A DNA stretch of 63,726 nt, filler included, from Choristocarpus tenellus KU-1152 (GCA_964200185.2; 10 parts of 10 records of this genome joined end to end with filler, not necessarily neighbours in it), one strand, 5' to 3'. Shown: positions 11,540-25,700, numbered from the whole stretch's first letter. The notes: generated by a model from the letters alone, not told the origin. Numbers and translations are program-made.

Positions 11540-13735
11540 TCAGTGAGCATGGGTCTTCCATCTAAAGATGTGTAAGCCTGCAGGCCCTACCCCTCTTATT
11601 TCTGAGTGTTCAACAACACCCCGAATCTCTTCCGTCCGGGCCAACATCTCTTTCACAGCGTCGTTTCCTCTCACAAGCAAGGAGGGATCGCACAGGAGGA
11701 GACCGGATCTCTTGAGCAACCGCCTGAGCAAGGACAAAAAGGGTCGAGAGGGATGTGCATATAGCAGCAAAGGGAACGATAATTTCAGACTTATTTGCAA
11801 AAAAATATTAATATACTATTAATGATATGTAGGATTTCTGCCATGTAACAATAAGAACATACTTCATATTTGCTTCTTAAGAACAGTAGTAAGAAATACT
11901 TATTGCGGACAGATACCAACATTAGTAGAGGTCGCCAGAAAATTAATCGAAATTATCGCAAAACAATCGGTTATTATGGGACAACAGTACGGTTATTATT
12001 ATTATTATTACTATTATTAATACTGACAGGGACAGATTCAATTCGGCATCTCCTGGGCATCTACACAACAGAAAGATGGGAGACGTCGTATTCCAGAACA
12101 CAGACTTTTTGAATTGTGAATGTCCTAGTCAATAATTCACAGTTCATGTACAAATATTCCAGGTCTTGGTCCACATCTGCAAGAGAGCAAGAGCATCCGT
12201 TCACATCGAATAACTCTTCTCTTCTGGCTTGTCTCCACTGAAGCTGTTGAGTTGTTTACACGAGATCGGTGAGTCTTGTTCTGATCTGATTATTTTTATT
12301 GTTTCCATTCTGTTTCCAAAACGTTTAAAGACCGATTTTACCCAGAAAGAATTGAACAATTTGCAATTCAGATATTTTGGACTTGTGATAATCAACAACT
12401 AAGTATCAATCAAGACAATGATTTAAGTATGAAGGGCAATATTATTAATGGAATTTTACATGCAAAAAATATAGGGGTAATTAAAAATACCCTTTGTGTA
12501 ATCTGTCTGTATTGGATTGAATCGCATGATGAATGCTTCATCTGTGCATTGCAAAGGGTTATGACTTGAGCCCCCTCCCCCCCCCCTACCCTGATCTTCC
12601 TTTGTGTCTCCTTGAACCGTGTCTCTGTTAGTTCTCATCGCCTCCCATCACACAGGACCCAACAACTTAAAACAAGAAATATAATAATATAATAATAATA
12701 GTAGTAGAAGTAGTAGCTGTATTTGTTGTAGGTAACACAGACTCCACAAATGTGTTTCTTGTCCCCTCTAGTATATTCTTTCTCCCTCCTGACAAGACAT
12801 TGAAAATGTCAATGGCATGAAATGACAAAACCCAATGAACACCACATACATCATACATCATACGCTAATGCATAAATTACAGGCGTTTTCAAGGAAATAT
12901 TCACAGTACTATAGGACTAACACCTCCAAACCCTAACCCTAACCCTAACCCTGCACTAAAAAAAAAGACACCTTAACGACCAACTACCATGCCATACATA
13001 ATCACTGCCTACAACATAATGTACTTGGTGTACAATAGTAATGAGAATAATATTGCAGTGAACTTGTATAACAGTAATGCAAACATGGCCTCCTATTTGG
13101 AATGTTCAGATCTTACCGAGTTTTGATATCCCACTGACCACATGTGTAGGTAGTGGGATGTCAAAACTCAATAAGATATGCAAGAAATTAAAAAAAAAGA
13201 TGAAACACCAGCACATCACACCCTCGGCCCCTTGTACGTCACACTGTCACATTGCCTTATCAACTTACCAAATTATAGTTACATCACAGGGACACCTTCT
13301 TCCGAAAGGACAACCCACATACTCAACAAGACCCTTTCTGAGACCCCTATACTAGCATACCTCGAGGTGGATCTACTCTTCCCATGTGCATCTACTATAA
13401 CATCTCAAATTCAAACCCTAACCCTAAATTTAGCAAACACGCCAATAATACCCCTCGTTAAGCTCTCATCTCTCCCAAAACGCCAGCCTCTCCACCTGTA
13501 CCTAATCCTAATCCTAACCCTCACCTGTCCATCGCCAGGTTCAACCTTTCCACAGGCCCCAGTGACACCTCTCCCTCCCCTCCCCCCTTCCCATCACATT
13601 GAGGCTCCCTTCCACCGGCCAACAGTATGATATCAAAGCGGCCTTCTGGTTCTTTATGCACTCTTGCCAACTTTGGTGGTCCTGCCAACTCCTTGATCGA
13701 TGCATACTCATCACCTTCCATGACAGTTACCCTTT
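11540..13735 (-). CDS. 3' exons of a putative class I SAM-dependent O-methyltransferase (COMT/CCoAOMT-like C-terminus); exons about 13735-13525 and 11723-11540
   Basis: The phase-2 donor (GACAG|GTGAGG) joins the acceptor (CTCAG|G) in frame, giving ...VTVMEGDEYASIKELAG...EGRFDIILLAGG...RLNLAMDRRLLKRSGLLLCDPSLLVRGNDAVKEML...GLHIFRWKTHAH*. This resembles the GD / FDxI / RLLxxGGxxxxD motifs of O-methyltransferase family 3. Upstream exons were not resolved. Confidence 0.5.
12929..12952 (+). repeat. Interstitial telomere-like (CCCTAA)n tract
   Basis: AACCCTAACCCTAACCCTAACCCT. Confidence 0.8.
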
Positions 13736-13769
13736 CTCTCATGATGGGTATTACACAGTAAAAAAGGAA

Positions 13770-13771
13770 GT

Positions 13772-13816
<45 letters not shown>
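13770..13816 (+). repeat. (GT)n microsatellite, intronic
   Basis: Direct reading. It explains the HTHT/CVCV spurious ORFs. Confidence 0.95.
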
Positions 13817-13819
<3 letters not shown>

Positions 13820-15238
13820 GGAGGGGGGGGTAGTAGAAGATGTTAGATGTTAGGGCATGATTGGAGATGATGTTGGCGACTTCATGATACAACAAAATAT
13901 AAAATGTGTTTTGGTGGGTTCATTAGATCGATGGAGTACCAGGACGAAAAAAAAAGTTGGTACTGCAGTTCCAAAGTATACAAGTATACAAAGATCCAGA
14001 ACTTGTACTTAGAGTACTCAAGTATGCTGTGGTTCTCCGAGAACCGTCCAGTACCGGTCATGAGGAGGTAGGACTGGGTGTGGTTAGGTACCAGCAATAC
14101 AGCATCAACAAATATCATCACTTGTTTAAGAGTGGTAACAGTAGCCCTAGCCCTAACCCTCCCAAAAACACCTCACGGGAACTAACCCTTCTTTTTCTCT
14201 ATCAAACGACAAGCAACTGTTTCTGGTGGTTCAAGGCACCTTTGGTTCAAAATTGATGGTTATGCGCAACAACATTCTTACGCACTCTCTCTCACGGCAG
14301 ACATAAAGGCAAATAAATACCCTAACCCTAAGCCTAACCCTAGACATATAGGGAAACAAATACCCTAACACTAACACCCCACTGCATGCCTATTTTCCTA
14401 CTCTTTCAGTTGGCGACTCTATTAAACACCAATCACCAATCACCACCAATCACACTACATCACATCACAACTCAAAGCAGAACACCTCAGCAAGCCATCA
14501 CCTGGTGACTGCATGCACACCCATGGACAAAAAAAAACACTACGGGATGTTTCTTACAGCAAAAACAAACAAAGATGATGTGGCATAGTACCAGACAAAC
14601 CACAACCTTGACTAATCTCTTCCTTACTCATGGGATTGATTGCTACAATACCCGTGAAGCAGGATGAAATTGTACCAGAGAGAGGTTTCTCTGAACCAGC
14701 GAAGTTAAACAAATAGCATGAATATTGAAAGTAAGAAGGCTTGTGTAAGGCAAGGCAAGTTTTGTCATACCGTAATTCAAACGCCTGCCAAAGGTGAGCA
14801 AACGCTAGTCTTTTCTTATTCTTTTCTGGTCTGTCGAAGACAAGTTCGTGCGTTTAGAATACACGCATGAAAAATGCATGCTCCTCGTGCGTCTGGACAT
14901 ATCTACTTCAAGGTAAAGGGCAAAGCCCCCAAAAGTAGTAAAACTCAACTATAAAAAAAAAGGGAGATTATCCCAAAATAAAATCTATGTATTGCATGGG
15001 AACAATCCCCTTCCACACTTGTACCAAAATATCAGAACTGTTCTTAAATGGTTAAACTATTGTCCATACTTCACAAGGCTCTAGTGAAGATGTAAAAGTG
15101 GACAACAAAATGTGCAAAGCTTGATCATCAAATTCCTCTCAAATTAAGATCTCTCACCCCCACCCCCTCCCCCCCCCCCACATAGTTAGATGTGCCATTA
15201 TGTTTTTATTATCCTTAAGTACTACCACACTCGAAAAT

Positions 15239-15338
15239 NNNNNNNNNNNNNNNNNNNNNNNNNNNNNNNNNNNNNNNNNNNNTTAATTAATTAANNNNNN
15301 NNNNNNNNNNNNNNNNNNNNNNNNNNNNNNNNNNNNNN
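15239..15338. other. Artificial contig linker N44-TTAATTAATTAA-N44 (also 27902-28001, 30939-31038, 36518-36617, 39673-39772, 44745-44844, 47994-48093, 52021-52120, 55520-55619)
   Basis: Identical 100-nt spacers whose core gives stops in all six frames, as used to concatenate contigs. Confidence 0.97.
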
Positions 15339-17504
15339 GGTATTCCGAATCTTACTCTGCATCTCCTTAAAATAATCACTTATTCTGTAAGGTTAACCTA
15401 TGTGTTACTAATATCGTATATAGTTCGCACTTCTCAGAACTCGAGAAACAATCTTCACACTGCATGTCTATTACAAATGTTCGTATTTCCTAACACATAA
15501 GGAGAAAATGTTCGCGCTATTCGTGTATAACAAATGCTCAAACTTTGTTGAAATACAAGAAGAAACGCTCACGCTATTCGCCTGTAACATACATACTTTT
15601 CCTGACCAAACTCTTGGGGGGCACACATACACCGTACATCATATGCACTACAAGTGGAGAGAGTTGGGGTCGGAAACCACGCTGTAAAGGAAACAATAAT
15701 GCTCCCATTGTTCCCCTTAAGCATCCTGCACTGTTCATTTTTGAGATAAAGGTCAGGCGCAGGTGATGGATCATCACGGGAAAAAAGATCCGTCGTGATT
15801 GTAAATATTGAATACCTAAGCAGGAACAGCAGTCACTGCAGTGCCAATTTCTTCTTAATTGGTGGTGTCCTTCCTTTGTTTGTGATGCTTGATGGGGTGG
15901 CCTTTGAATGGAAAAAAGGATGCATCCCTAAGTTGTATGTATTCATAGGACGTTTGTGATGCTGGCGGTATATATTATGTTCTGTTTATTTTGAGGTGCT
16001 AATGAGTCGTCCCTGCCTTATTCCCCGTTGTTTGAGTTCTGAAACATAGCGCATTTATTATTTTCTATTAACATTAGTATCTCTCTACCTTTGTCTCTAT
16101 ATGCTTTTCTCCATCAATTCTACGCTATTTTCTTCACCACGGGTGCTATATCAATAGCAGTCAGCCTAGGTTCAAGGTAATGACAACAGTAAACATTGTT
16201 GTACGCAAGAAGGGTCTGAGACCACGTGCTGCAGGGAAAGGAACAAAACCTCTGCCTGTCTGTGCTGAACTCTTATCTACCCATGGTGATAATTGTAATA
16301 AAAAACTATATGCCACTGAGACTGCATCTCCCATGCACAACATACAGGCAAAGGGGGAATGAGGACAAGTACGCAAACCAACCCAACCCCTGCCTGGCGT
16401 CTAATGGGCACACAAGCCACCTTCACACCTTGTACAATTTAACAAAACACATTGTACGTACTACCTGAGCACTGTCGTACTCAACCCACGGCCAACAGCT
16501 TTGCATTTCTTCTGTAAGGGGTATGGGATTATGTTGCACAACCCATGCGTGGGGATTCAATACATTTTGCAGGGTGCTTTGCCTCTGCACTTCAAAGGGA
16601 ACATATATATATATATATATATGGAAGCTGGTCTCTCTGGTGCTACATCCAGGTCTCACTACCAGCTTCTACCCCCCAGCACTACTGGCTAGAGGTGCTG
16701 AGCCGTCCATGGTACACTGCTAGAGGAAGTATACCACAAACCCCTTCTACATCCAGATTGGCAGCTCTCTTCTTCTCCTGTAGGAAGATACTGGCACGTT
16801 TAACGGGAGAGGCAATGGAAGAAAAACTAGGCAGGATAGGCCAACATGATTACCAGAGGAAAAACGACGTGGTAGAGAACCTTTTAGTGCTCCCTGTTCT
16901 TTATGTTGTAGAGATCACATGTCTTTCTCCAAATGTCGAGAAAGAAGTTCTATTCCTCAAATTAGATGATGCAAATATGTCATGCAGGATGCGCTACAAA
17001 AGGGCGATGCTTACGAGCTCTTGCTCAGAACTGGAACTGCATCCTGCACAAGGCCTGAGTCTGAGTGTGGCGTAGACCAGGTGCAGAAAGAGAAGTGGCT
17101 TGGATGACATAGTGAAAAATGTATTGTTAGAAGAGGAGTGGGAACTTTAGTACAAGAGGAAGACATTTTTTGTAATGCTGTTTATGACTTATTGGTGTGC
17201 ATTGCATGTAGGATACGATGATAAAGTTAAAAATTATTGAACCTGATCAAGGTGTATACAAGGCTTGTCACTGAGAAGAAATCACACCTCGGTATGGTAA
17301 TGGTCATTTTCTTTCACGTTTATGACAACTGTTACTTTTATAGGAGTTGTTATGATATTGAATTGGCTTTTACCCTGTCACATCTGTAATATTTCAGAGA
17401 GCATAATAATATATAATAATTGGAAAGCGATGATATGGTAAAGGTAATATTGAAAAAACGATAGTATTGAAGGGTAGGATCTATTGTAAAGACAAATTGT
17501 ATAT

Positions 17505-17680
17505 GTCAGTAACAGTTGTGCGTTTAAGCTGGAGATACCAGGGAGATGAGCAAGGAGGGGGCATGTCAGATTCTTGGGATGCTTCCCTAGCTCCTCGCCC
17601 TGTGGTGTGGGGCTAAGCTAGGTTGGAGGCATAGGAGGGGAGTGGTGTGGCATAGCTGGTAGTCAAAGAGTAAATAGATT
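17505..17680 (+). mobile_element. Short 3'-end fragment of the same non-LTR retrotransposon family as 59890-60330
   Basis: GCGTTTAAGCTGGAGATACCAGGGAGATGAGCAAGGAGGGG...TTCTTGGGATGCTTCCCTAGCTCCTC aligns by eye with 60185-60260. Confidence 0.7.
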
Positions 17681-19728
17681 TTGGAGATATATCTTTCACA
17701 TTTACGACAACTATTACTACTACAAGGGTCCTTATGATATTGAATTAGCTTTCTTCCCTAGCACATCTGCAAAATTTCAGAGAGCATTATAATGTACAGT
17801 TGCAGTAATAATATATATATATATAGGATGTCAAGCACACGTCCAGATTAAATATTGATACACTAAAATCTTACACCATTCATTCAAGAATTAATAAAGT
17901 ATAAATTATGGAGAGTGACATTGTCATTGTGTGTTTTGTGCGGTGGAATGGGAGATGAAAAGTCCCGGCTGTCGTTACTGGTCGAGCAGAAGACGATAAC
18001 AATGGTGAAGTAAGCTCTTCCATGTCCAATTCCCCAGGTAAATTTCGCACCAGATCACGCAAAGCAAATGTAATTGATCTTTGGTGTTGTGCAGTGGGTA
18101 TTCTCTCCTCCAGTAGGTGGGTGAGCACTCACTACTGTTGAGTGAGAATTGGGGCAATGGGACGGTCAATTCTGCCATTTTTTACCTGGACAAGCCCCAA
18201 ACTGTAGACACCAACATCTATCGAGCATAACTTACTCACTGCACAAAGGGGTGTGGTCTATAAACACAGTGACTACTCTCACCATGATGGCGAGTTCCAT
18301 CGAGAAAAGATGAATCGGATGAGGGCTCAAGCACTATTGGGGTTAGGTTGACCGACTTGTCATTTGCCTCTTCTAGTCGCCCTCAGTTCTGACTCTCTCA
18401 GTACTCAGGGAGATTTGTTGCGGATGAACTCTGTCTGTACTCTTCTATGTTTGGATTCTTTGGAGTGTTCGTAGAAACCAGGTTGATCTCCACCGTATAT
18501 TTGATCTTCTACTTACTACCCATTTGCCTCTCACCCTCAATGCCCATTTGAAGGTGGCATTTCAGGGATCTTGCTCCTCCTCCTCCCAAGCCTCCAAGAA
18601 GTGTGCTTAAGGTTGATAAATTCCACACTACCATCCTCGCACTTTCTGTGTGGGGCAGTACTTCCAAAGCGTGATCTATCAAATGGGTGAGTCTGGACCC
18701 ATGTTGCTGCTCTGGGTGAAAGGAAAATCGAACCTCCCATTTATCCGTTCGTCGATATCATCCCTATAATATTGTCAAGTTGTCACGATCAAAAATAATA
18801 TATTAAATTCGGAATATTCACATAATACTTTGTATAATATTTCATACTACATAAAATAAAATTTCATACTACTACTTCTAATATCACTTCTAGATGATAA
18901 TATCTCGAAAATGTACGTCGATTATATTATACGAAGTATTGTGTCCACCATAGTGTCATTTTGAAGATGTGATGGGAGGGAGCAAGGAGAAATATATACG
19001 CCAAAGAATACAACAAAATATCGTTGGTTGTACTCTATCAACGGATATATAACATATAAGGACTTTTGCGAAACGACAGAACATGTACAACGAGAACGGG
19101 AAGATTTTCTGGAGACCTCGGAAAAGAGACCGATTGGCGCACGAAATAATTATAATATGAAAATAGCACCGATTTTGAATTGTGAGGAAGAGACACGCTG
19201 AAGAAATGTTTCTTTTGCTATGGTTAGTTTCTAATCGAGGAAATGTCACCCCTTGTTAGTACTGTTATACTTCCTATATATTGTTTTTCAAGAAGGAAAC
19301 GTTAAACATTGAAGTCTTTCTTGAGAGTAAAATTAATATTCTTCACATTAGTCTGAGGGGCCCCAGACCCATAATCGAGAGTAGCCAGAGGAGAATCATT
19401 AAAATAATACAACACTATAAATAGATTTATACAATAGAAGAGAGGAAGAAAAACGAAGAAAAATACAGTATTTAGCCAAGACGCCCATTGATACATATAT
19501 TACGTCTCATTGGCTTAAAAGATGCAATAGGGTGATGTTATTGGGGTCTTAAGTAATTTCTGTACGCACAAAATCTTGGAGCCATTTGGAGATTTGGCTG
19601 GAAGTGGGAACCTCTAATTATTTTGGTTATTTGCGAAACAAAAAAACACAGACTTGTCTCCATTCTGGATTGAGTTCTAACACGTTCACTACTTGAGGAC
19701 AACCTCTCGGCCTCGACCGAGAGAAATC

Positions 19729-22700
19729 ATGGTGGCACAGGGATTGAGCGAAGAAGCAAGTCTTCAAGGTGAGTTAATGGATGGTGGATGATGCACTACT
19801 GTAATTTTTTTTATGGATTAGTTTTGGAATGGACGCCAACATGGTCAACTTTCTCCGGGGAGTTAATATGGTGGGTTGTTCATTGCACTTACCTTAGTTT
19901 CACCTTTCTCATTCGGGGCCAGGTGCTGCAATACCCCCTGAGAGAACATGTCCAACTGGAAATATAGTCGATGATGTAACATTGCATAGTCGAAATGGGG
20001 AGGGAAGTCAGCTGGGAATATCAAAGGTCTCCTTCACTTCAGTACATCAATCGACATCCTCAGAGAAGAAAGGCAAGGTGAATGGGGAGGTCAGTTCCTC
20101 TCGATGTTGTATACACGAAGGGTGCTTGCGGAGACCTTTCTTTGGGCTTCCGGGCACTAAACCGACACTTTGTTCTCGCCACGCCAAAAAGTCCGAAGGG
20201 ATGGTCGACGTGAGTTCACGTCGATGTGAAGCTGCAGGTTGCACCAAATGGCCACTCTATGGAATAGAGGTGAGGATATGTGCTAGAATATAGACTCTTA
20301 TCTCCAAGAAATGGCTTCTTTACTTTTCCTGGGTTACTGTGATCATATATTGGTGTGTAGTGGGCTATGCCTGTTGTTCTGACATGCTGGTGGATGCAGA
20401 TAGGTTGTGCACTCTCTCCTCAACCAGAGTAATGATGACTGCATAGATTCCGAATAACTTGTTAATGTCTTCCTCAACTGCATGAATGTTAACAAGGTCG
20501 ATGGTATAATATTCCATCCTCTCAATCTAATGTACTGATTTATATCAGTGTTCTGTCTTCTTTCCTTCCCCCGTTCTGTCCCATGTTCCGACTCCTATTC
20601 TGACCCCTGTTCCGTCGGAATATGCATCTTTGCAATCCTCGAATTTATCTACATTCTTGTCTTAAATCCTCTACTACAGCATCCCTCCCAGCATTTTTTG
20701 AAGTGCTGCCTTCATGATTGACTCGACTCCACTACAACACAACCCTGTTGTTGGCCATCGTAACTTGTGTCAGTTGGGGTGGTTCTAGTGCCAGGCAGGC
20801 TTCTTATGTGACTTTCGTGACGCGACCTAGGAGAAAGTGTAGAAACTTGCTATGTAATGCTCCTAAAGGGGAACAGTCGTTGTTTTCGGGAAATATGTAC
20901 AAATGTAGGAATTCTCAGACGTGTTTTGATTATTCGAGGTGTGATATCCCTGTGTCCTAACATGGAATATCTTACAATAATTGCAAAACCTTGGTTTCAT
21001 GACCCTTAGAACAAACGGCTGTGGATGTTAGAAATGAAACTGGAGTGCTCAGATCAGATACCATGACCCACAGGAAAGTGTTATGTTGTAGGACCACCAT
21101 TGACCATGAAGATGATGTCTCTGGTGTGTGCGAGATTGTGTGTTTGGATCCTGATCACCTACCAGAAGGAATTATTTGTACATGTTTTATTAAGTAATGT
21201 GGTCTAGATGTTTATATATACCTTGAGGATAGCAACCAGAATGCCTGTATACTACTACAATGTGTGTACCACTACAAGTTGTCTGTTGCATGAAAAGCAT
21301 GAAAACTATTATGCTGTTTTAAATAGCAAAATTGATATAGAATCTTGACGTGTTCTGGATCATACAGTGTGTGTGCGTGTAAAGGGGTGCTTTGGCCATT
21401 CAGGTAATTATGTTTCCTACTGTCATGTACATCAACAAAGGTAAGGACTACTCTTAGATCTCATGGATCTAAAGTTGAGTCCAGATGAAGATTACCCCTT
21501 GTCGTCAATTGTTGATCCCAGGCCTACCTGTTCTGGTTGAATCCACCTGTTGTCTTGAATTTTAATGCCCCCCCTCCCCTCTTGCTTCTGTTGCCACAAC
21601 ATGGCCGTTTGATCTTCAACAGGGTCAAAAGGCAAAGTTTTGCTCCTTACACAAGCTTGTAGACATGATAGACGTCCGAAGTCGGCGCTGCCAAAGTGGG
21701 GGGTGCAAGCGCCAGCCAAGTTATGGATTTGAGGGCAGCAAAGCATGCTTCTGTGCTGCACACAAAGTTGATGGGATGGTGGATGTAGTGTCCCGACGGT
21801 GCGAGAAACCTCTTTGTCGGCGGCGGCCTCTGTATGGGTACGAGGTAAGAGAAATGCTAAAGTTTGACATTTAGGAGGATGGGAGCTTCTCCTGCTTCCT
21901 TGTTCTTCCCACCCGAACCAAGTCAAGACTAGCAGTATATACTGTTTGTTGAAACTAATCTGTTGGCCTACCTTGTCGCGAAACAGGTTGAGCTTTTGAT
22001 ATGAGCCCCCCCTCCTGAGCACCAACATCAGTGAAGAAACATACATTAATTTTATTCCTTCTTGAGCACCTTCCGCCCCGCGCATTTTTTTCCGAACCCC
22101 TTCCATCATCCTTGTTCAACTGGCGAGATTCTTTTGCCCTCCACCTTATTATGGCACATGACTCATGGCGGTGCTCCTGACCTGACTGGAGCTGGCTGGT
22201 GTTGCCTGTTTTTGAGTCTATTTTTTCATTGTTGTGTGCATGATGAAGTGCCTTCTGGACGTTTGTAACACAATTTTTTATTGTAAAATAACCGATGTGC
22301 TGTTATGACTGTATCCATTTCTTTGCAATTTGCTTTAGAATGAAGATGTCTTGGAGGCAAAAGAGGGGGTGGGGGTGGGAGTGATTCTGAAGATGGTTGC
22401 AACACAACTTGTTTGTAGCTATAGCTCACCTATCTTTTTTCATGGTGGGGTCTATTGAGTGACCCATTCCCATCCTAATGTGATCCTCTCCTTGCTTTTT
22501 CGAGTCTATACAGTTCTGCAAGGAAATTACTGCAGGAAACAAACAGTAAAAATAGCAACGGTTCCTATTCATCTCCAGCGCACCTTGTGTCCGTCTACCT
22601 CATCACTTTTTTTTGTCCTTGCTTAAAAGGGACAAGTGAACGGGAGCACCCCTCTCTCCATGTAACGTCTCGGCGACTGACTCCCTTCAAACCCTCTGCT

Positions 22701-25700
22701 CGTGGTCTACCGTGATATTGTTCTACGCCTCAAACACCCCCCCCTTCCCCCACAGGGACAGAAGTCCAGGTTTTGTTCCAACCACAAAGCAGAAGGTATG
22801 GCAGATGTGTGCAACCGACGCTGTGAGGCGCCTGGATGCACAAAGCGTCCCTGTTTTGGACACCCAGGACAGCGCCCAACCTTTTGCGCAAGTCATCGCT
22901 CTCCGGCAATGCTCGACGTCATTACCCACAAGTGCAGCTACCCTGGTTGCAAGCAGACTCCAAGGCATGAGGCACATGGCCGTCGTGCCAAATTTTGTGG
23001 TGAGGACTACCTAATTTTTTTTAGCTTCCCTCAGGGGGTGCAGGACACATTTTTTTTTTTCCCCCCTTTACCTCTTCTTGCTTCAGCTCTTTCCATCGTG
23101 AGAAGGTGGAGGAGGTATCAGATTGTTGAGGTAGTTGTCTATCTATCGCGAACGTGCTTGTGACGATGGAGTTTGTTTGAATTGTCCACAGCGTTAAGTG
23201 TAGTTGGTGTTGCTATTGGTGCTTGTCGTTGTCGTTGCTGTTGCTTGCGTTTGATGCGTTTGATGCGTTTTGTATGTCGGTGCTTGCTTTGTTAGCTTGT
23301 TAAACAATCTTTTGGACCTGTGACCTTTTGCAGATGATAGGGTTCGGCGGGTCTGTAGCATGTACGTACGTACGTACACCCTCACATGTTTTTCTGTGAT
23401 CACAGAACAATTGAGTTTTGTTTGTGAAATAGCTGTGCGTTTCAAAAACAAAACATACTTTTGCACGCAGTAGAGCGAGGTGATGCTAGTCTCGAGTGAC
23501 AAATGCAATCAAGTGAGGTGCAGGGAATATGCATACGGAGAGAGAGAGAGCAGCAGAGTCATGTTCTAGGTGTTCTAGAGGTAATTTTAATGTCGGTGCA
23601 GAGCCTCTTCCCCACTGTCGCACTGTTGTGTGTGCGTTATTGTGGAATGATGAGCGTTGTTTGGAACGATAGGGTATCGTTCCTTCCGTATCAAGGGGGG
23701 GCCTCAATTCGCCTCTGTCACGGTCTGACTCTGGCATACCCGAGGATTACAGCAATCGCATGGAAGTAGATGAGCTTTGGTATTATTGTTCTTTTCTCTT
23801 GCTCTGCCCTTGTGGAAATGCAAGCCTTCTCACACTTTGCTTGCACCTTGCAGTCTTCCGATTCCTCCTTTCGATCTAGTTGAATATAGCAACATGAAGG
23901 ATGGAACCCCGTTGGGTCTTACTCTTTCCGAATACGGGCTGTAGCAAAAGCTGTGTTCCTACCGGTAGTATATAGTATGGTTCCAATTGTATATATTCCG
24001 GGCTTCAGGTGTCTTGTGGCGTGCCTACATGTGAAGATGTGAGGTTAAGTTTGTCGGTGGGGTTGAGTTCTAAGATATAGATTACATGAGATCTCCCTTG
24101 ATAACTTCTTGCATCAATGTATCTACGGGGTACCTTGGTTTTGCTATTGGTTCTGCCCGGTTACATTAAGACTTGCATGAGGAGCAGATGTTTTCCTATC
24201 AGAAAAAAAAAGATGAAACAAAAAATTGTTGAAGTGTTCTGGACCCTGCGCGGTTGCGCTTTCTCTGTTTGGTGAGTTTGTGATTGTGGAGGTTTGTCCA
24301 ATCGTATGTTACACTGTGTGTAACTGTCAGATACGTTGGTATGGTTACCTGATGGGTTGCCGGTTAATATGGAAATCCTGGAGTAATTACACAAAGGAAG
24401 AGATTGGACGGTGGAGTGGTATAATGCTATGCGCTTACTGCAAACGTTTTAAGGAATTTCACGTACACGGTAATCATACTTTACCCACCCGACTAGGCAT
24501 TAGACCGTGTTTAGATTTTGGTAGACCAATTCCATGATCTACGCCCATTATTATGTAAACTCCTACGACGGTTTGCTTATTTTTCCTCTCTCCAATAAGA
24601 ACGAAATTTATGTTCGATGTGTGTATAATCTAGGTGTCAATGAATGTGTATGCATACCTAGGTAGTAGTAGCTTGTTATTGATAATAAATATTAATATGT
24701 ATTCTATTGTATGCATGCGTATTCCGTATGTATGCGTGACTTCTTTTTAATTTTTTGTATTTTTTGGTCGGAGTACCCCTGGACGGGGATGATTACGGTA
24801 AGTTTACTCCAGTGCATTAATGTTGCGCTGCTGTCGTGGTTATTGAAGAACTGGACAGCATGTTCATTGCAATAGAACATTATCTCGATGATTGGGTATG
24901 AGAGCGTGAATAGAACCCATAGTCACCACGATACCGTTACGGAATTATGATAGTTGTACACAGTTTTTCAGTATATCCAGGGTTGTTAACGGTTGGTTGT
25001 CTATTTCCAATAATAGGATAGGGTTGTGAAACAGATCAACCTTTAACGCTTTCCCCAACTGTAACCATATATCTGTGAAACAAAAGTGGTCGTTAATGCG
25101 GTCCTATCAAACGTGTAGGGTCCTTGAGTTTCTTTTTGGATGGATCGTCGAAATAGTCCTGGAATATTCCCTGCTCTGTCTTCTGAGAAGTTTGCAATTG
25201 GGAGAGTAAACATGTTAAATAGGCGTTTTCTGTGAGTGTCGCAATTGATTAGACATGTAACCTGAATGGGGTTTTTTGTTTCTTTTTTTTCCCATCAGTT
25301 CACATTTTACCGACCAGAGTGAAAACCATTTGGCACATTTGGTTTTATGCTGTAAAGTCTTGTTCGAATAGTCTCTGTCGCAGCACAAGCGGGTCTCTCA
25401 AGGTGCATTGTGCTTTTCGACCTAGTGACACTGAACAGGCAGGTAGGCAAGAATGGATCTGACAGACTCTTGAAATGCTTCCCTAGGTCCTCGCTCACCT
25501 TTGTAGGGCTAACCCGGGTTAGAAGCATGGCAGTGTGCTTATGAATTTGTAGAGAACAATCAAGATCGAGATATTGGTGTTAGGGTTAGTAAAAAGTAGT
25601 ATGTATTTCAGGGAGGTATCTTAGTGTTGATGGCAACTGTTCTATGGTTTTGGTCTTGATTCCCCCCCCCCCGACACATTTGCAAAATGTCAAGAGGGTA

